Assembly: GCA_964016885.1 (NCBI GenBank)
Contig: OZ024740.1
Location: 76,508,001 to 76,572,000, forward strand
Length of the DNA: 64,000 nucleotides
Origin: Eledone cirrhosa
Lineage: Eukaryota
Reading direction: 5' to 3'
The notes under the pieces are model-generated. The model saw nothing but the letters and a program-made list of their open reading frames with translations, ran no database searches and had not been told where the DNA came from. Of the stretch, positions 39,354 to 53,973 are shown piece by piece (the stretch's first letter is position 1; each line of letters opens with the position of its first letter). A program made the position numbers and the translations under genes.

Positions 39354-40873
39354 TAGAGTTAGTAATAGAAGATAAATAGAAAGCAAAAAGTTATAAGAGG
39401 AAAGAATGAGGAAAAATGAGAAAATAGATTGGGGAGAAAAAACCACAAGTCCGTATTCAATATATGTATGTATATCAACCATGCACACCAACACATCTAA
39501 TTTACACCTGTGCTACCATGATACACATTTAATTCTACTAACGGTACTAATTAACAAATCAATTATACTAACAGAACCCATCTGTCTCACTTGTATTACC
39601 TCCAACACCCATAAACACACCGATACGATCATGGACAAATACACGTATTTAATTAGTTAACTAACCATACTATCACACTCAGCCATACTACCTGGCCACT
39701 CCAACATTCACACAACACTCCTTTATCAAGAATGCACACACACGCATACTGCCACCACAGCTCCGAACCTGTCTTCCCGCGCTACACCTGACCACATCCT
39801 CCTCAGGCCACTTCCTGAAATAGCCCAGCTCTGACTACACACGCACGACAAAAAAGGGCCTTTACGAAATACCAACTATCACATAACATTTTTGCCATCG
39901 TGTATACACTATATACATTTGGCTTCTGAACAGTTTCCACCTATCAAGTTTTACACCCCAGTTATTGGTTAACTCGAGGATATGGTAGAAAACATTTGCC
40001 GAAATTGCCACCTGCACTGTAGAATTAGACTCAGTATCGCGTGGTTGTGAAGCAAACTTCTTTACTTATTTATGTTTACACCTAAAGAAACACATCTAAC
40101 ACAACATCTACATATACAGATCAGTTTTTTAATAATTTCAGCTGACAACTAAATGATTTAAACGCTGGACGTTCCAGATATTACAATGCAGTGTCTTTCA
40201 CCAATGAAACTATTATTAAATTGGTTAACTTGAATACTATGGGGGTGAAATTTAGTTAAATTCTTGTTTAAGGTAGGCATATTGTATTTTATTTAATAAA
40301 TATTAGAACAGTATGAATAAAGCGTGCGAAAAGCTGGTAATAAGCCAAAACCAGATGTGAAATAGGTCCTATTTCCAAATGTTCATTTATTATTTTAGTA
40401 ATCAGTACTGCATATACATTAATTATGCATGCGTGACAGCTAAATCTAATAGGAGTAAGCCCTTTCAAAGTCGTAGGCCCCTACTAACTTGACTATCTGA
40501 CATCTTTCTCTGTTTTGACCTGATGACCAACATACATATTAGATAAGTACAGTTAAATTTCTGATCAAACGAAGACGTTTGATTCGGATGCTTAGAATAC
40601 ATATTTCATAATTTGATAACGTGTTCGCTGGATCTGGAGATTTACCGTCTTTCTTCAAATAGCTATTTCTGTGTTGTTGACCTGTACAAGAAAATGTCGA
40701 ACAATAGATTGAAATGCTGATGTCTGGGGTCGATATGATTGACTAAAGACATTGGAATGCGGTGCCTATACATGGTTGCACTTAGTCCAGCAACTGAATT
40801 CAATGAAAGGATAAAAGAATCTATATATCTATATATGTGTATATGTATACATGAATGTTTACACACACACACA

Positions 40874-40983
<110 letters not shown>

Positions 40984-40985
40984 CA

Positions 40986-41034
<49 letters not shown>

Positions 41035-41084
41035 TACTCTTTTACCTGTTCCAGCCCTCCGGCTGGGGCCATACTGGGGCACCG

Positions 41085-41154
<70 letters not shown>

Positions 41155-41158
<4 letters not shown>

Positions 41159-41820
41159 TAAAATAACAGACTAAAGTTTAAGCAAAGAATCGCTGCTTTC
41201 ACCCTTAACGGGATCTTCTGAAACTAGAAAAATCAATCTGTGAACGTAGAAGTAAATATTTCGAAAAACGTTGCAACCGAAGGAAGACAGGAAGACGATA
41301 TTTTGGTTCGTGGAAACGTTCCCTGGCAAAGAACGGAAAAAACGAGCGGTGAAAACAGTTACACGCAAAGACAAAACCAGGTTTATGGTATAAATGAAGT
41401 GGCAATGAACGGAAAAAACGAAGATAATACGTCTCCACGAACCACCTAATAGAATATTAGTCTACGACTTCATTTATACCATAAACGTGGTTTTGTCTTT
41501 GCGTGTAATTGTTTTCAGCGCTCCAAATAATGACGTATTATCTTCGTTTTTTCCGTTCTTTGTCAGGGAACGTTTCCACGAACCAAAGTATCGTCTTCCT
41601 GTCTTCCTTCGGTTGCAACGTTTTTCGAAATATTTACTTCTGCGTTCATAGATTGACTTTGTTAGTTTCAGAAGATCCCGTTAAGGGTGAAAGCAGCGAT
41701 TCTTTCCTTAAATTTAATTTGTTATTTTAATAAATATTTGCTCTACGGTTCTTATATATTTGATATATATTTATCCTTATCGAGCCCTCTTTGGATTTTA
41801 GTCTTCAAATTTATTATTAT

Positions 41821-41825
<5 letters not shown>
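41155..41825 (+). mobile_element. Asymmetric fold-back module, family H7, with variant hammerheads (41175-41225 minus; 41664-41714 plus)
   Basis: Arms ~41155-41400/41466-41735, ~90-nt tail, (TA)n flanks. Confidence 0.85.
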
Positions 41826-41883
<58 letters not shown>

Positions 41884-41885
<2 letters not shown>

Positions 41886-42043
41886 TTATTCCGGGTTGAA
41901 TCGGAGTTAACCACAGTAAGTAAGGTACTCAATACATAGCAGAGTATAAATGTTTTAATATAGAAGAGCTTCTACAGGAAACTTCCTGATCATTTCTCAC
42001 GAATGAAACAGTTCTACTCCTGTAGAAGCTCTTCTATATTAAT
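41884..42043 (-). mobile_element. Short asymmetric fold-back module (tail related to H2)
   Basis: ttaatatagaagagcttctacagga / tcctgtagaagctcttctatattaa; tail gtactcaatacatagcagagta; (TA)n flanks. Confidence 0.65.
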
Positions 42044-42061
42044 ATATATATATATATATAT

Positions 42062-42373
42062 AAAGTAATGTTCATATTTCGTGTTGCTATTCTCACAACA
42101 CGAAATATGAACAGACCTCCGAACCTTAATTTTTTACTTTTGAATTTTAATATAAACTAATATTTAATAAGGTGAATTACATCGAAACCGGTAATATCTT
42201 ATATATTTTATACCCCCCCCCCCTTGTTTATAAAACTTACTTTCTCCTTATTTTAAAAATAACACTTTGTTGGATTAAAGAAGAAAAAAGATTCTTTAAA
42301 TATACTTACGTGCTGTGTCCATTCTTAATTTTTTCTATAATCTTTGATTTGTATAGGATTTTACCCGCTTTTC

Positions 42374-42378
<5 letters not shown>
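42062..42378 (+). mobile_element. Module between (TA)n with an 18-bp hairpin and a decayed hammerhead (~42159-42197)
   Basis: tgttcatatttcgtgttg/caacacgaaatatgaaca; atat-TTAATAA-ggtg aatta catc-GAAA-ccgg-TA-atat. Confidence 0.5.
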
Positions 42379-42454
<76 letters not shown>

Positions 42455-42479
42455 CATACATACATACATACATACGCAC

Positions 42480-42510
<31 letters not shown>

Positions 42511-43549
42511 CATGTATGTATAGAGAAACACATACTCACACACGCATATACACACATATATATATATATATATATATTATATTACATGTTTTGTATATAC
42601 ACCCATGCTATGCCACATGTGCATCAGCCATGTTCTATTTTCTTATAGTAAACCGCCTCCACCGAACTCATTTCTGTGCTAACCCCGCCCAAAACATGTT
42701 CCACTGTCAATATTTAGGCTAACATGTGCCTACGTTGGTGACGCTCGTTCAAGCCGGATGCTCTGTGGTCATGTGACGTAAACACATTTAGGTTTGTTTC
42801 CTGTTTGTTAGTGTGTCACCAGCAGGAATAACATGATACGTCATGTAGAAGGAATATGATACTGACCGAAGGTAGAGTCGTTGCTGATAGTAATGGTGTT
42901 GGTGTTGGTGGTGTTAGTGGTGGTGGTAGTGGTGGTAGTGGTGGTTGTGGTGGTAGTGATGGTTGTGGTGGTGGTGGTGGTAGTGATAGTGGAGGGTGGT
43001 GTTGGTAGTGGTGGTGGTACTGATAGTGGTAACAGTAGTGGCTGTGGTGGTGGTGGTGGTGAAGTTGTGAATGATCCTGATCCTGTTATTGTAGTGGCAA
43101 CGGCGATGGCGGTTAAAGAATTGATGTTGTTGGTATTGCTGTTGTTGGTGGTGGTAGAGTTGATAGGGGATTGTGGTAGTGTTGGTGGTGGTTATGGTAG
43201 TGTTAATGATGCTGGTGGTGGTAGAGATGGCGGAGGTCTGTTTGGCTGTTGTGAGGGTGGGGCTAGTAATTGTTGCTGGTGGTTATGATGGTACTGATGG
43301 TGTTGATAAGTGTACGGTAATGATGTTGGTATAGTTGATAGTGAAAGTAAATGTATTGCCGCTGATGACAGTGGCACTGGAATATTGGTGGTGGTGGTTG
43401 TGATAGCGATGATAATGGTGGTATGGCTATCGTTTGTCGTCGTGATGAAGATGATAGTTCGTATAGTTGTAGTGGTGATGATTAGAATGGTAGGTATAGT
43501 AACGGGAAAGGTAGTGACCCTTGTAGCAATGCTAGGGCATATTGTAGAC

Positions 43550-44892
43550 CAGAGTTTCCCAAACCTTTTCAAACGTGGAAACCTTTTTGGTTCAGAAACT
43601 TTTGGTGGAACCCTAAAGTCTAATACTGTTATATGGTCGTAATATAAATATAGTCCTTTGGGTGAACTCCGAAGTTTAATACTGTTTTATGGTCGTAATA
43701 TAAATATAGTCCTTTGGGTGAACTCCGAAGTTTAATACTGTTATATGGTCGTAATATAAATATAGTCCTTTGGGTGAACTCCAAAGTTTAATACTGTTAT
43801 ATGGTCGTAATATAAATATAGTCCGTTGGGTGAACTCCAAAGTTTAATACTGTTATATGGTCGTAATATAAATATAGTCCGTTGGGTGAACTCCAAAGTT
43901 TAATACTGTTATATGGTCGTAATATAAATATAGTCCTTTGGGTGAACTCCGAAGTTTAATACTGTTATATGGTCGTAATATAAATATAGTCCTTTGGGTG
44001 AACTCCAAAGTTTAATACTGTTATATGGTCGTAATATAAATATAGTCCTTTGGGTGAACTCCAAAGTTTAATACTGTTATATGGTCGTAATATAAATATA
44101 GTCCTTTGGGTGAACTCCAAAGTTTAATACTGTTATATGGTCGTAATATAAATATAGTCCTTTGGGCGAACTCCAAAGTTTAATACTATTTTATGGTCGT
44201 AATATAAATATAGTCCTTTGGGTGAACTCCAAAGTTTAATACTGTTATATGGTCGTAATATAAATATAGTCCTTTGGGTGAACTCCAAAGTTTAATACTG
44301 TTATATGGTCGTAATATAAATATAGTCCTTTGGGCGAACTCCAAAGTTTAATACTGTTTTATGGTCGTAATATAAATATAGTCCTTTGGGTGAACTCCAA
44401 AGTTTAATACTGTTATATGGTCGTAATATAAATATAGTCCTTTGGGTGAACTCCAAAGTTTAATACTGTTATATGGTCGTAATATAAATATAGTCCTTTG
44501 GGCGAACTCCAAAGTTTAATACTGTTTTATGGTCGTAATATAAATATAGTCCTTTGGGTGAACTCCAAAGTTTAATACTGTTTTATGGTCGTAATATAAA
44601 TATAGTCCTTTGGGTGAACTCCAAAGTTTAATACTGTTATATGGTCGTAATATAAATATAGTCCTTTGGGCGAACTCCAAAGTTTAATACTGTTTTATGG
44701 TCGTAATATAAATATAGTCCTTTGGGTGAACTCCAAAGTTTAATACTGTTATATGGTCGTAATATAAATATAGTCCTTTGGGCGAACTCCAAAGTTTAAT
44801 ACTGTTATATGGTCGTAATATAAATATAGTCCTCTACTTTTTTTCACTGAACCCTAGACACTCCTTTGTGGAACCCACTTTGGGAACCACTG
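43550..44892. mobile_element. Non-autonomous hAT (Charlie-type) element
   Basis: TIR cagagtttcccaaac / ctttgggaaccactg; perfect 8-bp TSD ttgtagac (43542-43549, 44893-44900) with central TA. Confidence 0.85.
43616..44833. repeat. 56-bp tandem array, ~21.7 near-identical copies
   Basis: Unit aagtttaatactgttatatggtcgtaatataaatatagtcctttgggtgaactcca; no spacers. Confidence 0.97.
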
Positions 44893-45639
44893 TTGTAGAC
44901 GATGATAATGGTAGCTGTGATGGTGTTTGGCGGGAGTGGATAGTGAGATGACGGTAGTATGGTTATGATTGTAGATATAGTTGTAGTGGTGGTTGTGCTG
45001 GTGGTGCTGGTGTTGGTGGTAAGGATGATTACAATAATGGTGGTAGTGGTGGTCATGGGGATAGGGAAGGTAATGTTGCTGGACCCTGTGGTGGAAGTTT
45101 AGGTAGTAGGGTGGGGGTGATATTGGGAGCAGGGTTTCGTTCGCAAGAAATTCTACAGGGCAAAATGTTCACCAAGAATTGGAGACGTGAAGACACTGAC
45201 TTTAATGAAGAGTGTAAAATTGGTTGTGACTGAACGAGAAGGGGAGAAAAAGGAGGAGAAAAAGATGACGAAAAAGGATGAGGATGAGGAGGAGGAAGAA
45301 GGGAGGAGAAGAGTATGGAGGAGAAGGAGAATACGGAGAAGGAAAAAAGTAGGAGGGGCAGGAGAATACGGAGGAAGAGAGGGAAAAGGAGAAGAAAAAG
45401 AATGAGGAGGGAGAGAAGAAGAAGAAGAAGAAGAAGAAGAAGAAGAAGAAGAAGAAGAAGAAGAAGAAGAAGAAGAAGAAGAAGAAGAAGAAGAAGAAGA
45501 CCCAAGGTATTCTCCGAGCCTCTCTGTATGCAACTAGAATTATGAGAGAGAGTGAGTGAGAGAGAGAGAAAGAGAGAGAGAAAGCAAGAGACAGAATGAG
45601 AATGAAACAGAGAAGGGAGAGAGGGAGTGAGAGAATAAT

Positions 45640-45820
45640 TAATTGTTTCTACTTTAGGCACAAGGCCAGCAATTACTCAGTGCATTACTGGTACTTTATT
45701 TTATCGACCCCGTAAGGATGAAAGGCAAAGTCAACCTCGGCGGGATTTGAACACAGATCGTAAAGGGACGTAACTATGCTGGAAAGCATGGCGTCCGACC
45801 CTCTACTGATACTGCCAAAT
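45640..45820 (-). mobile_element. SINE family 1, near full length
   Basis: Reverse complement of head, body and tail. Confidence 0.85.
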
Positions 45821-46841
45821 AATCTCTGTACTTGTCTAGGCAAAGCCTGACATTAGTGCAATTTGAACACATCGCAAAGAGTCAGTACAAATAAGTTTAG
45901 ACATTCTCTCCGACGTTTTAATGTCTATGTCATTTCCCCTCATGTCTTTAAAAATGAACGAGATTATCAATGTCATCTGGAATGTTTTGGGTCAAAACTT
46001 ATTCAATCATGACCGACTGGGAGTGGAACAAAAAGTCCTCCAAGTTTAAAAGGGCTTACACAGAATAGAGGTATATGTCTAGCTCTGGACATATGGTGCG
46101 CTCGTCAACTAGAATTTGAAACTCTAAGGCTTAAACCTCGGTTGAGTGTTTACAGAACCTGGGTTACTCAGATATATGACACACTTCCTCGACCTCGCAT
46201 GTGCAGTCTAAAGAAATGCAGATCAATAATTTGGACACGGGTTTAGCTGTAGAAATGATTATAAGATTAATTCAAGAATACCCCAGGATCCCCACTTCAA
46301 ATTTATTATAAGGTTTACTTCTCAATTTTTAACTCGCAAAGCAGTGAATTGGAAATGAGGCTATTCAACGCATAGATAGAGATTGGAAGCTCTGGACAGT
46401 GGCTCATACCATGAACTGGCGACTCGGAACAACTTATCACAGGACATAATAATTAATGGATTTGTACATAAGCATAAGACTAGAAATGTATTGGTAGATT
46501 TAACAGTTAATTATATTTGACTGGAACATATTTTCACGATCACGAGATGAAGAAAGACAAAGTCGACTTTGGAGGGATTTGAACTCAAAATGTAAAGAGC
46601 TGTTACAAAATACCACAAGTTATTTTGTTCGAGGATTTAACAATTATGCCGATACAGCACCATAGGACGCATAGATTAATTAAACGAATGGAGAAACAAC
46701 ACTGAGTGTTGCAAATCAAGGAAATGCTAAGAAGAGTATTCATAGCTTTGTGATAGGCACCTGAGATGTCTTCATATCTAACTCCAATAGAACTAGAAGA
46801 GAAGATTATCATACCAGCCTAATGCATCGATTAGTTAGATG

Positions 46842-46958
46842 CAGGCGCATGGCTTAATGGTTAGAGATTTGTATTCATAATGGTGAGGTTGCAAGTTCGA
46901 CTCCCGGACTAGGTGATGCGTTATGTCGTTGAGTAAGACACTTTATTTCACGTTGCTT
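46842..46958 (+). mobile_element. SINE family 2, 5' part
   Basis: ggcgcatggcttaatggttagag...agttcgactcccgg...gagtaagacactttatttcac. Confidence 0.7.
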
Positions 46959-47335
46959 TTTCTGCAACAACCAGTAGATAGTATCAGCAATGGAAAAACC
47001 ATTAGAAACATTGTTTACTTGGTCCGATTTGACAAGATTCACCTCATTACGTAAGTGAATGAAGTCTGGAAACTTGTAGATCGTTACATTAAGTTAGATG
47101 ATATTTCAACGACCATACATTAAAAGTAGTTTTCAAAGTAAATATGTCAAAAATGTTGTGTTATTTGTTTTTAAATATATATTTTTTAAAATTATTTAGT
47201 TAGTTTTCTTTATATATTTTTCATGGTCATGTATTATTTTTTGAGAATACATTTTATATCGTATTTGGTAAACAATAGCGGCATTGGGATATCCACCGTA
47301 TCGACCAATCGAAAAGAGATAGAAACTATAATAAT

Positions 47336-47450
47336 AATTGTTTCTACTTTTGGCACAAGGCCAGCAATTAACCAGTGCATTACTGGTACTTTATTTTATC
47401 GACCCCGTAAGGATGAAAGGCAAAGATCACCTCGGCGGGATTTGAACTCA

Positions 47451-47452
<2 letters not shown>
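47336..47452 (-). mobile_element. SINE family 1, 3' part
   Basis: Family body and tail. Confidence 0.8.
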
Positions 47453-47502
<50 letters not shown>

Positions 47503-47749
47503 TGGTGAGATGTGAGAAAAACCACAGACCCTCCATCTCAACTCTACTTTTGAAAAGTAGAAGAACTGCGAAACCGGTAAAGGAACCAAATAAATATATA
47601 TTTAAAAAAAAATAAAACTCGAGTTGGATTTTCGATTTCATATTTTTTTCTTGATACTTTCACTCGTGTAGGACACCTCGGTTATTTTTCATTTTGTAAA
47701 AAAACCTCACTTTCTAATATATATATATTTATATATATATATATATATA

Positions 47750-47976
47750 CTTAGGGTAAATATTCATGCAATTCAATTCAAGAACTCTACGTACTTTTTC
47801 CACATAGGAATGACGGAGTATATTTAGAATGAAAAAAAAATGCGAAGTAGTTGTAGATGTTAAAGTTCTATATTGATAAGGCTGTTATACATATTTCAAT
47901 GACGACAGTTGCCACGTCATTACGCAACCAGTGTCATCTTTAATACCTACAACTACTTCGCATTTTCTTATTCTCT
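47750..47976 (-). mobile_element. Asymmetric fold-back module with the 3' half of an HHR
   Basis: Arms ~47826-47865/47938-47974; minus strand aatgacg...cgtcatt-GAAA-tatgta-TA (same helix III as the Penelope pLTR); (TA)n flanks. Confidence 0.55.
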
Positions 47977-49802
47977 CTATATATATATATAAATTTGGAA
48001 GAAACAGGGAGCTGTGTGGTTACTTGATAAAGTGTATTTAAAAATATGAGGAAAACACAAACGGAGGACAATCCCTTCATTAGTTGTCTACTGGAGATCA
48101 CGGACATTTCAACACATATATCCGCAGCAACACCAACGATAAGTACCACTCCAACCACAACCTCTACTTATAACCACAGCAGTAAAGACAAAAACCACAC
48201 CTCCACCACTACCAACACTACCAACAACTACAATAACACAACATTAACAACAACATCATCATCAACAACAACAACTTCAACAACAACAAAGACTATTAAA
48301 ATTGCTTTCACATGTTAGGTAGCGGTTTCAATGCGCCTTAAAAAGGATAGTGCTAATTTATTCGGTTGATTAGCTAAATAATAAGAGAAAGTCGGTTTAT
48401 TATTCTTCAAGTGAAGGATATAATTATTTGGTAAAGATTGCCTGACGTAAGTAACTTAAACTGGGTTCGATAAGGAGGTATTAAGAAAAACAAGCCGGGT
48501 TGGTGTGAACAAGTTCGTATTTCTTTCTTATTTAGATGGAAGTGGATAAGATAGAACATGTGTGGTATAGGGTGGAGGAGATTTGATCTGGGTTGTGATA
48601 CACGTCACACATTTACGTACGTGACACATAGATACACAATCACTTTTGCAAAATTATACAGAAATATTTATATGTTTATACGTATATGTATACATATGTA
48701 GATAGATATTCTCTTAGTTTTTATTGGTTCCAGACAGTTAACTCCAGCCATTACTAACATATATGTTTACATATCTGCATTTCTCCATTTCTACACACAC
48801 ACACACACACACACACATATCCATGTATTCTTACAAACACACGCGTACACAGACATAGACACACACACATATATATCAATGATAACGTGTTCATAGAAAA
48901 GAGCGGTCAATACGTATATAGAATGTTAATTTATGTTATTCAGTAGCCAATGACTCAAAACGGATATTTCTCGGAGCTTTAAGCCGCTGAGCAATTCACA
49001 TACATATTGATTGTAAGTACTAAGGACGCAATTTTAATACACATCCACTCGGTCCTACTGTGCAAATAAATAGCATATTTGAACGACTGATTGAACCTGG
49101 GATGGACTGGCGTCCTATCCAGGGAAGCGTCTTGTACTTTAGGCCAATGAAACTGGGGTAAGCACCAGCCCGATGAGCCTCTTAGTCAGGCTGCATAAAA
49201 CATATTAAAAAAAGATGGAAGGAGGGAAGTTGATCGACATGATCTCAGACCTCATTCGCTTACCGAGTTCTGGTAGACCTCGTCAAATCTGATGAAGGAA
49301 ACGTTTCCATTGGTCTTTCCATTGCTACCGGACGCAAATCCTGGCAGAAAGAGGATATAAAACACTCGGATATTTCAAGCTGGTAATGTACCTTAATCGG
49401 TAGAAATGCACCTATTTTTCATGCTCTTTTAAAAGTCATCCTATTTCTCATTTCCCTATTGATTGACACTTCATAAATTACATAACACTCTGTTAATGTA
49501 TTGATATAATTTGTTTGCTACTCCTCACATACCAACCAATAATAATCTTGAACCCTCTTTTTTACTCAAATCATAAACTAATACTAAAAAAAAGCATATA
49601 ACCTTTTTTTTTTTACTAATATAACGTATTTCCGGTTAATATATGTTGGTAAGTCATCCAGTGATCTAATAGTACAAAAAACACACAATGACATATACTC
49701 AAACAATTTCTTGAAGTTGATAACCTAGCTTAATCAGCATCATCTAATTATCAAATCTATTATACTTCATTGAATATATCCTAAAAACTCTGGCATAGAT
49801 CA

Positions 49803-49999
49803 CTAAGTGGGTCTGCTGAAAAGTTCCTGGCTTTGGGTAAAAGAAAATACAGGAGGATCAATTAATTATGATTTTAATCAACATAATCCCTCTTAGATTC
49901 ACACACTTATTGCAGCGGTCCTACCTCTGCTGTACAGAGGTAGGACCGCTCCCTTTCACGATAGCCTTAAAGCCGGGATATTTTCAGCACCCTCTCGTA
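49803..49999. mobile_element. Mariner deletion derivative/MITE
   Basis: tgctgaaaagttcctggcttt / aaagccgggatattttcagcaccctctcgta TIR pair ending in TA; internal hairpin agcggtcctacctctg/cagaggtaggaccgct. Confidence 0.7.
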
Positions 50000-50407
50000 A
50001 TCCTTATGTAATCTTTATATTACACATCTTTATATTAAACATTTCATTCCACCTTGCTTATTAAGTGATGATATAATACAATAAATAACCCAGAGCATCA
50101 TCCATATTTCATATTAAGTCAAACATTTATAATTACACGTCTTAACTACTGTAATATATATCACAAAATCTATTTCTTAATAAACCACTTTCTTAAAACC
50201 CTAACCAAACAAGTACATACATTCTTAAATTGTTTCGGTTAAATATCTGTTGATTTAGAAATTTATTTAGAAATTCCGTGATGCTCAACTAACATTTTTA
50301 TTCAAAACAATGAGCTCAAGATTCACATAAAAGTTATTCAACTTCATGACTTATATGAAAGAATGGTAGAAAATAAACACGTACACACACACATATGTAT
50401 ATATATT

Positions 50408-50613
<206 letters not shown>

Positions 50614-50682
50614 TGTGTGTGTGTGTATATATATATATACACGTATAAACACACACACAACCACACACACACACACATATAA

Positions 50683-50716
<34 letters not shown>

Positions 50717-51150
50717 ACATATTCGTGCATATATGCATACGCCGTAGTTACGGTTAGTGTATTAATCTATTCACTAGCACACAAAAGCACTATAATGCAC
50801 CATACATGCAGGCGTTCGAAAATTTTTTGGTTCAAATCGCAACGATTTCTCAGTTAATAAGGCAGCAGACACACAGCTTGAAACTGAAGTAAAACGATAT
50901 GTCTATGTTTAGTCTTTTCTTTAGCCGACATTTTGTGTCACCTGATAGCAATGGCCAACGATAGGATATTGATATTATAACAGCGTCACTAAGCCAGTCA
51001 GGTAGAACTAAACAAATAGCAAGATCCTGGAAAACAGTCAAGAGATTCTTTTTTCTCACTATAGTACGCAAGCAAGCATTGAATTAATGTATAATATACA
51101 TACACAAACACGCATACACAGGCACACACACACGCAAATATACATACACA

Positions 51151-51217
<67 letters not shown>

Positions 51218-51585
51218 GTGTGTGTGTAGAGAGAGAGAGAGAGAGATAGAGAGGGAGAGAGAGAGAGAGAGAGTGATAGATAGAGAGGGAGAGAGAGAGA
51301 GAGAGCGATAGATACATAGACATAGAGATGTATCAATATACCCATACAAACATTTTTACATGCATATATATTTATAAACACATACCGACACATACACATA
51401 CACATATACACACGCACTATATATAGAGAAAGACACATATGCACTCTTTATACACTAAGAACAACTATAAACATTTTACCTTTCATATCTGAACTCTGTC
51501 GCTTTCTCTCTGTCGGTATACCCTATCTTTTTTTTATTTACTCAGAATGTGTGTATATATATATATATATATGCATACACACACA

Positions 51586-51676
<91 letters not shown>

Positions 51677-51677
<1 letters not shown>

Positions 51678-52005
51678 CTTTCTTTATTAACCACAAGGGT
51701 TTACATAAAGTAGACATTAAGGACAGTACAGGAAAATACAGGGACGGTACAAATGGGCATTTCTGCATGTAAAAAACAAAAACAGAGGATGTAATAAAAA
51801 TAACAATGAAAAATTCCCCAATAGTCTTCGGAGGGACATTTGTGGAGAAAGCCCATTAAAAGGCTACAGTGACACTAACCACCAGGGCAAGTGCCCTCTC
51901 CCAGTTTTCCACCTTTAATTTACAGACACATACTCAGAGTAGGCCCATTCACTCGGGCCATTCTTGCTTCTCTCACCCATCTTTCAACAAAATGCTGGGA
52001 AGAAC
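51677..52005 (-). mobile_element. L1/Tx1-like LINE 3' end with (ATT)n tail
   Basis: ORF end FVERW...MCL*, 3' UTR, aataaa just before (att)n. Confidence 0.55.
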
Positions 52006-52022
52006 ATAATAATGATAATAAT

Positions 52023-53772
52023 AGGTGGCAGATAACATCAGACAGTTGTTGAGCAAAAGTATGAAGTCCTGGAAAACAGAGTTAACATCAGCTGGAGAAT
52101 CCCTGGGAGGCGTAAAGATCAAGAGAGTTATCTTCCAGGGAGATAGTCTGTTCCCTCTGTTGTTTGTCCTTGCCCTGATGCCCCTGACCATTATACTGCG
52201 AAAAGTGAGAGCAGGATACAAGTTGGGAAAGGGAGAGCTTACCATCAATCACCTCCTCTTCATGGACGATCTTAAGCTCTTCGGGAAGAGTGAGAAGGAG
52301 TTGGATGTGCTTGTTGACACTGTCCGTATTTTCAGCAATGATATATGTATGCAATTTGGTATTAGTAAGTGTGGAGTCCTTGTGATGAAGAGGGGTAAAT
52401 TGAGCGGAAGCAACGGAATCCTGGTACCAACAGGTGAAATGATAAAGGAAATTGACACTGAAGAAGGATACAAGTATTTGGGTATTCCGGAGGCTGATGA
52501 CATCAAGAACAAAAAAATGAAGGAATTGATAAGATCTGAATACATTCGGAGAGTAAGGAGCGTATTAAAGTCACATCTGAACAGTAGGAATGCCATAAGT
52601 GCAGTAAATTCCCGAGCTGTGTCTATTATTAGGTACAGTTCGGGAATTCTGAGATGGAATGTTGCTGAACAAAAAGAAATGGATAGGAAGACTAGGAAGC
52701 TATTGACTATCTACAACATGTTCCACAAGAGGAGTGATGTCGATAGACTCTACTTAAGGAGATCTGAAGGTGGAAGAGGTCTTATCAGCATAGAGGACTG
52801 TGTTCAGATGGAGAAAAACAACCTACACAAATACGTGACCGATAGTAAGGAGCCAATGCTCAGAATTGTACTGAAGGAGAGGACAATAGACCAGGGGATG
52901 TCCAAGGAGGAAATAACAACGAGGAGAAAGAGCAGCCTTCAGGAAAAATCCCTTCATAGTACCTTCTTTGAGAAAACTGAATTTAGAGATCCACAGACAT
53001 GGAACTGGTTGAAAAGAGGAGACCTTAAAAAGGCTACAGAAGGAATGTTAATGGCTGCGCAGGAGCAGGCCCTCAAAACGAAGTGGTTGAAACACCACAT
53101 TTACAAGGAGGAGGCTAGCCCACAGTGCAGGATCTGTGGAGAGAGAGAGGAGACTGTGGCTCACATTGTATCCGAGTGTAAACACCTAGCCCAGACTCAC
53201 TATAAGGGCTGGAGACACGATGTGATGGGCAGGGTGATCCACTGGCACCTATGCAAAGTAAACAATTTACCACATTCTGAGAAGTGGTATGAGCATAATC
53301 CAGAGGCGGTGATAGAAAACGATCAGGTGAAGGTGCTGTGGGATTTTAGGATACAGACGGACAAGAAACTGGAACACAATAGACCTCACCTGGTGGTTTT
53401 AGACAAAGAAAAAAATCGTGCCTGATTGTGGATGTGGCCTGCCCATTCGACACGAGAGTGCAAGAGAAGGAGAGGGAGAAATTTAACCGATACCAAGACT
53501 TAAAGTGGGAGGTAAAAAGGATTTGGAACTTCTATGAAGTCAAAGTGATCCCGATTGTCATAGGCGCACTAGGGACTATCTCAAAAAGTTTCCAGGGATG
53601 GTTAAAGAAAATTGGCCCCTTCACGCTTTTTGGAACGCTTCAAAAGGCATGCATGCTGGGAACAGCAAGAACCCTCCGATACGTCCTGAATATCTGAGGC
53701 TGCAGGTAGTGGCTTGATATTCATTTCAACAAACTTTCCAGTTAACTAACATCAATGACTGAGACTCAAAGA
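52023..53772 (+). mobile_element. R4/Dong-like non-LTR retrotransposon family A, 5'-truncated (ORFs 52025-53425 and 53428-53697, one frameshift)
   Basis: IFQGDSL, FMDDLKLF, CRICG..EETVAHIVSEC, RHD, HNRP, DVACP..K..EK..RY, PIVIGALG; (TAA)n on both sides. Confidence 0.9.
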
Positions 53773-53796
53773 GTAATAACAATAATAATAATAATA

Positions 53797-53973
53797 ATTG
53801 TTTCTACTTTTGGCACAAGGCCAGCAATTATCCCAGTGCATTACTGGTACTTTATTTTAGCGACCCCGTAAGGATAAAAGGCAAAGTTAACCTCTCATCC
53901 TTACCGGGTTGATAAAATAAAGTATCAGTAATCCACTGGGATAATTGGTGGTCTTGTGCCAAAAGTAGAAACA

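Noticed and set aside
43616-44833. CRISPR-like regular array
   Set aside because: Contiguous 56-bp units with no unique spacers and no cas genes, in a eukaryotic context inside a hAT MITE.
49289-49312. CTGATGA...GAAA hammerhead-like string
   Set aside because: No room for helix II, and the segment aligns with the SINE-associated sequence at ~29565-29610, which lacks the motif.
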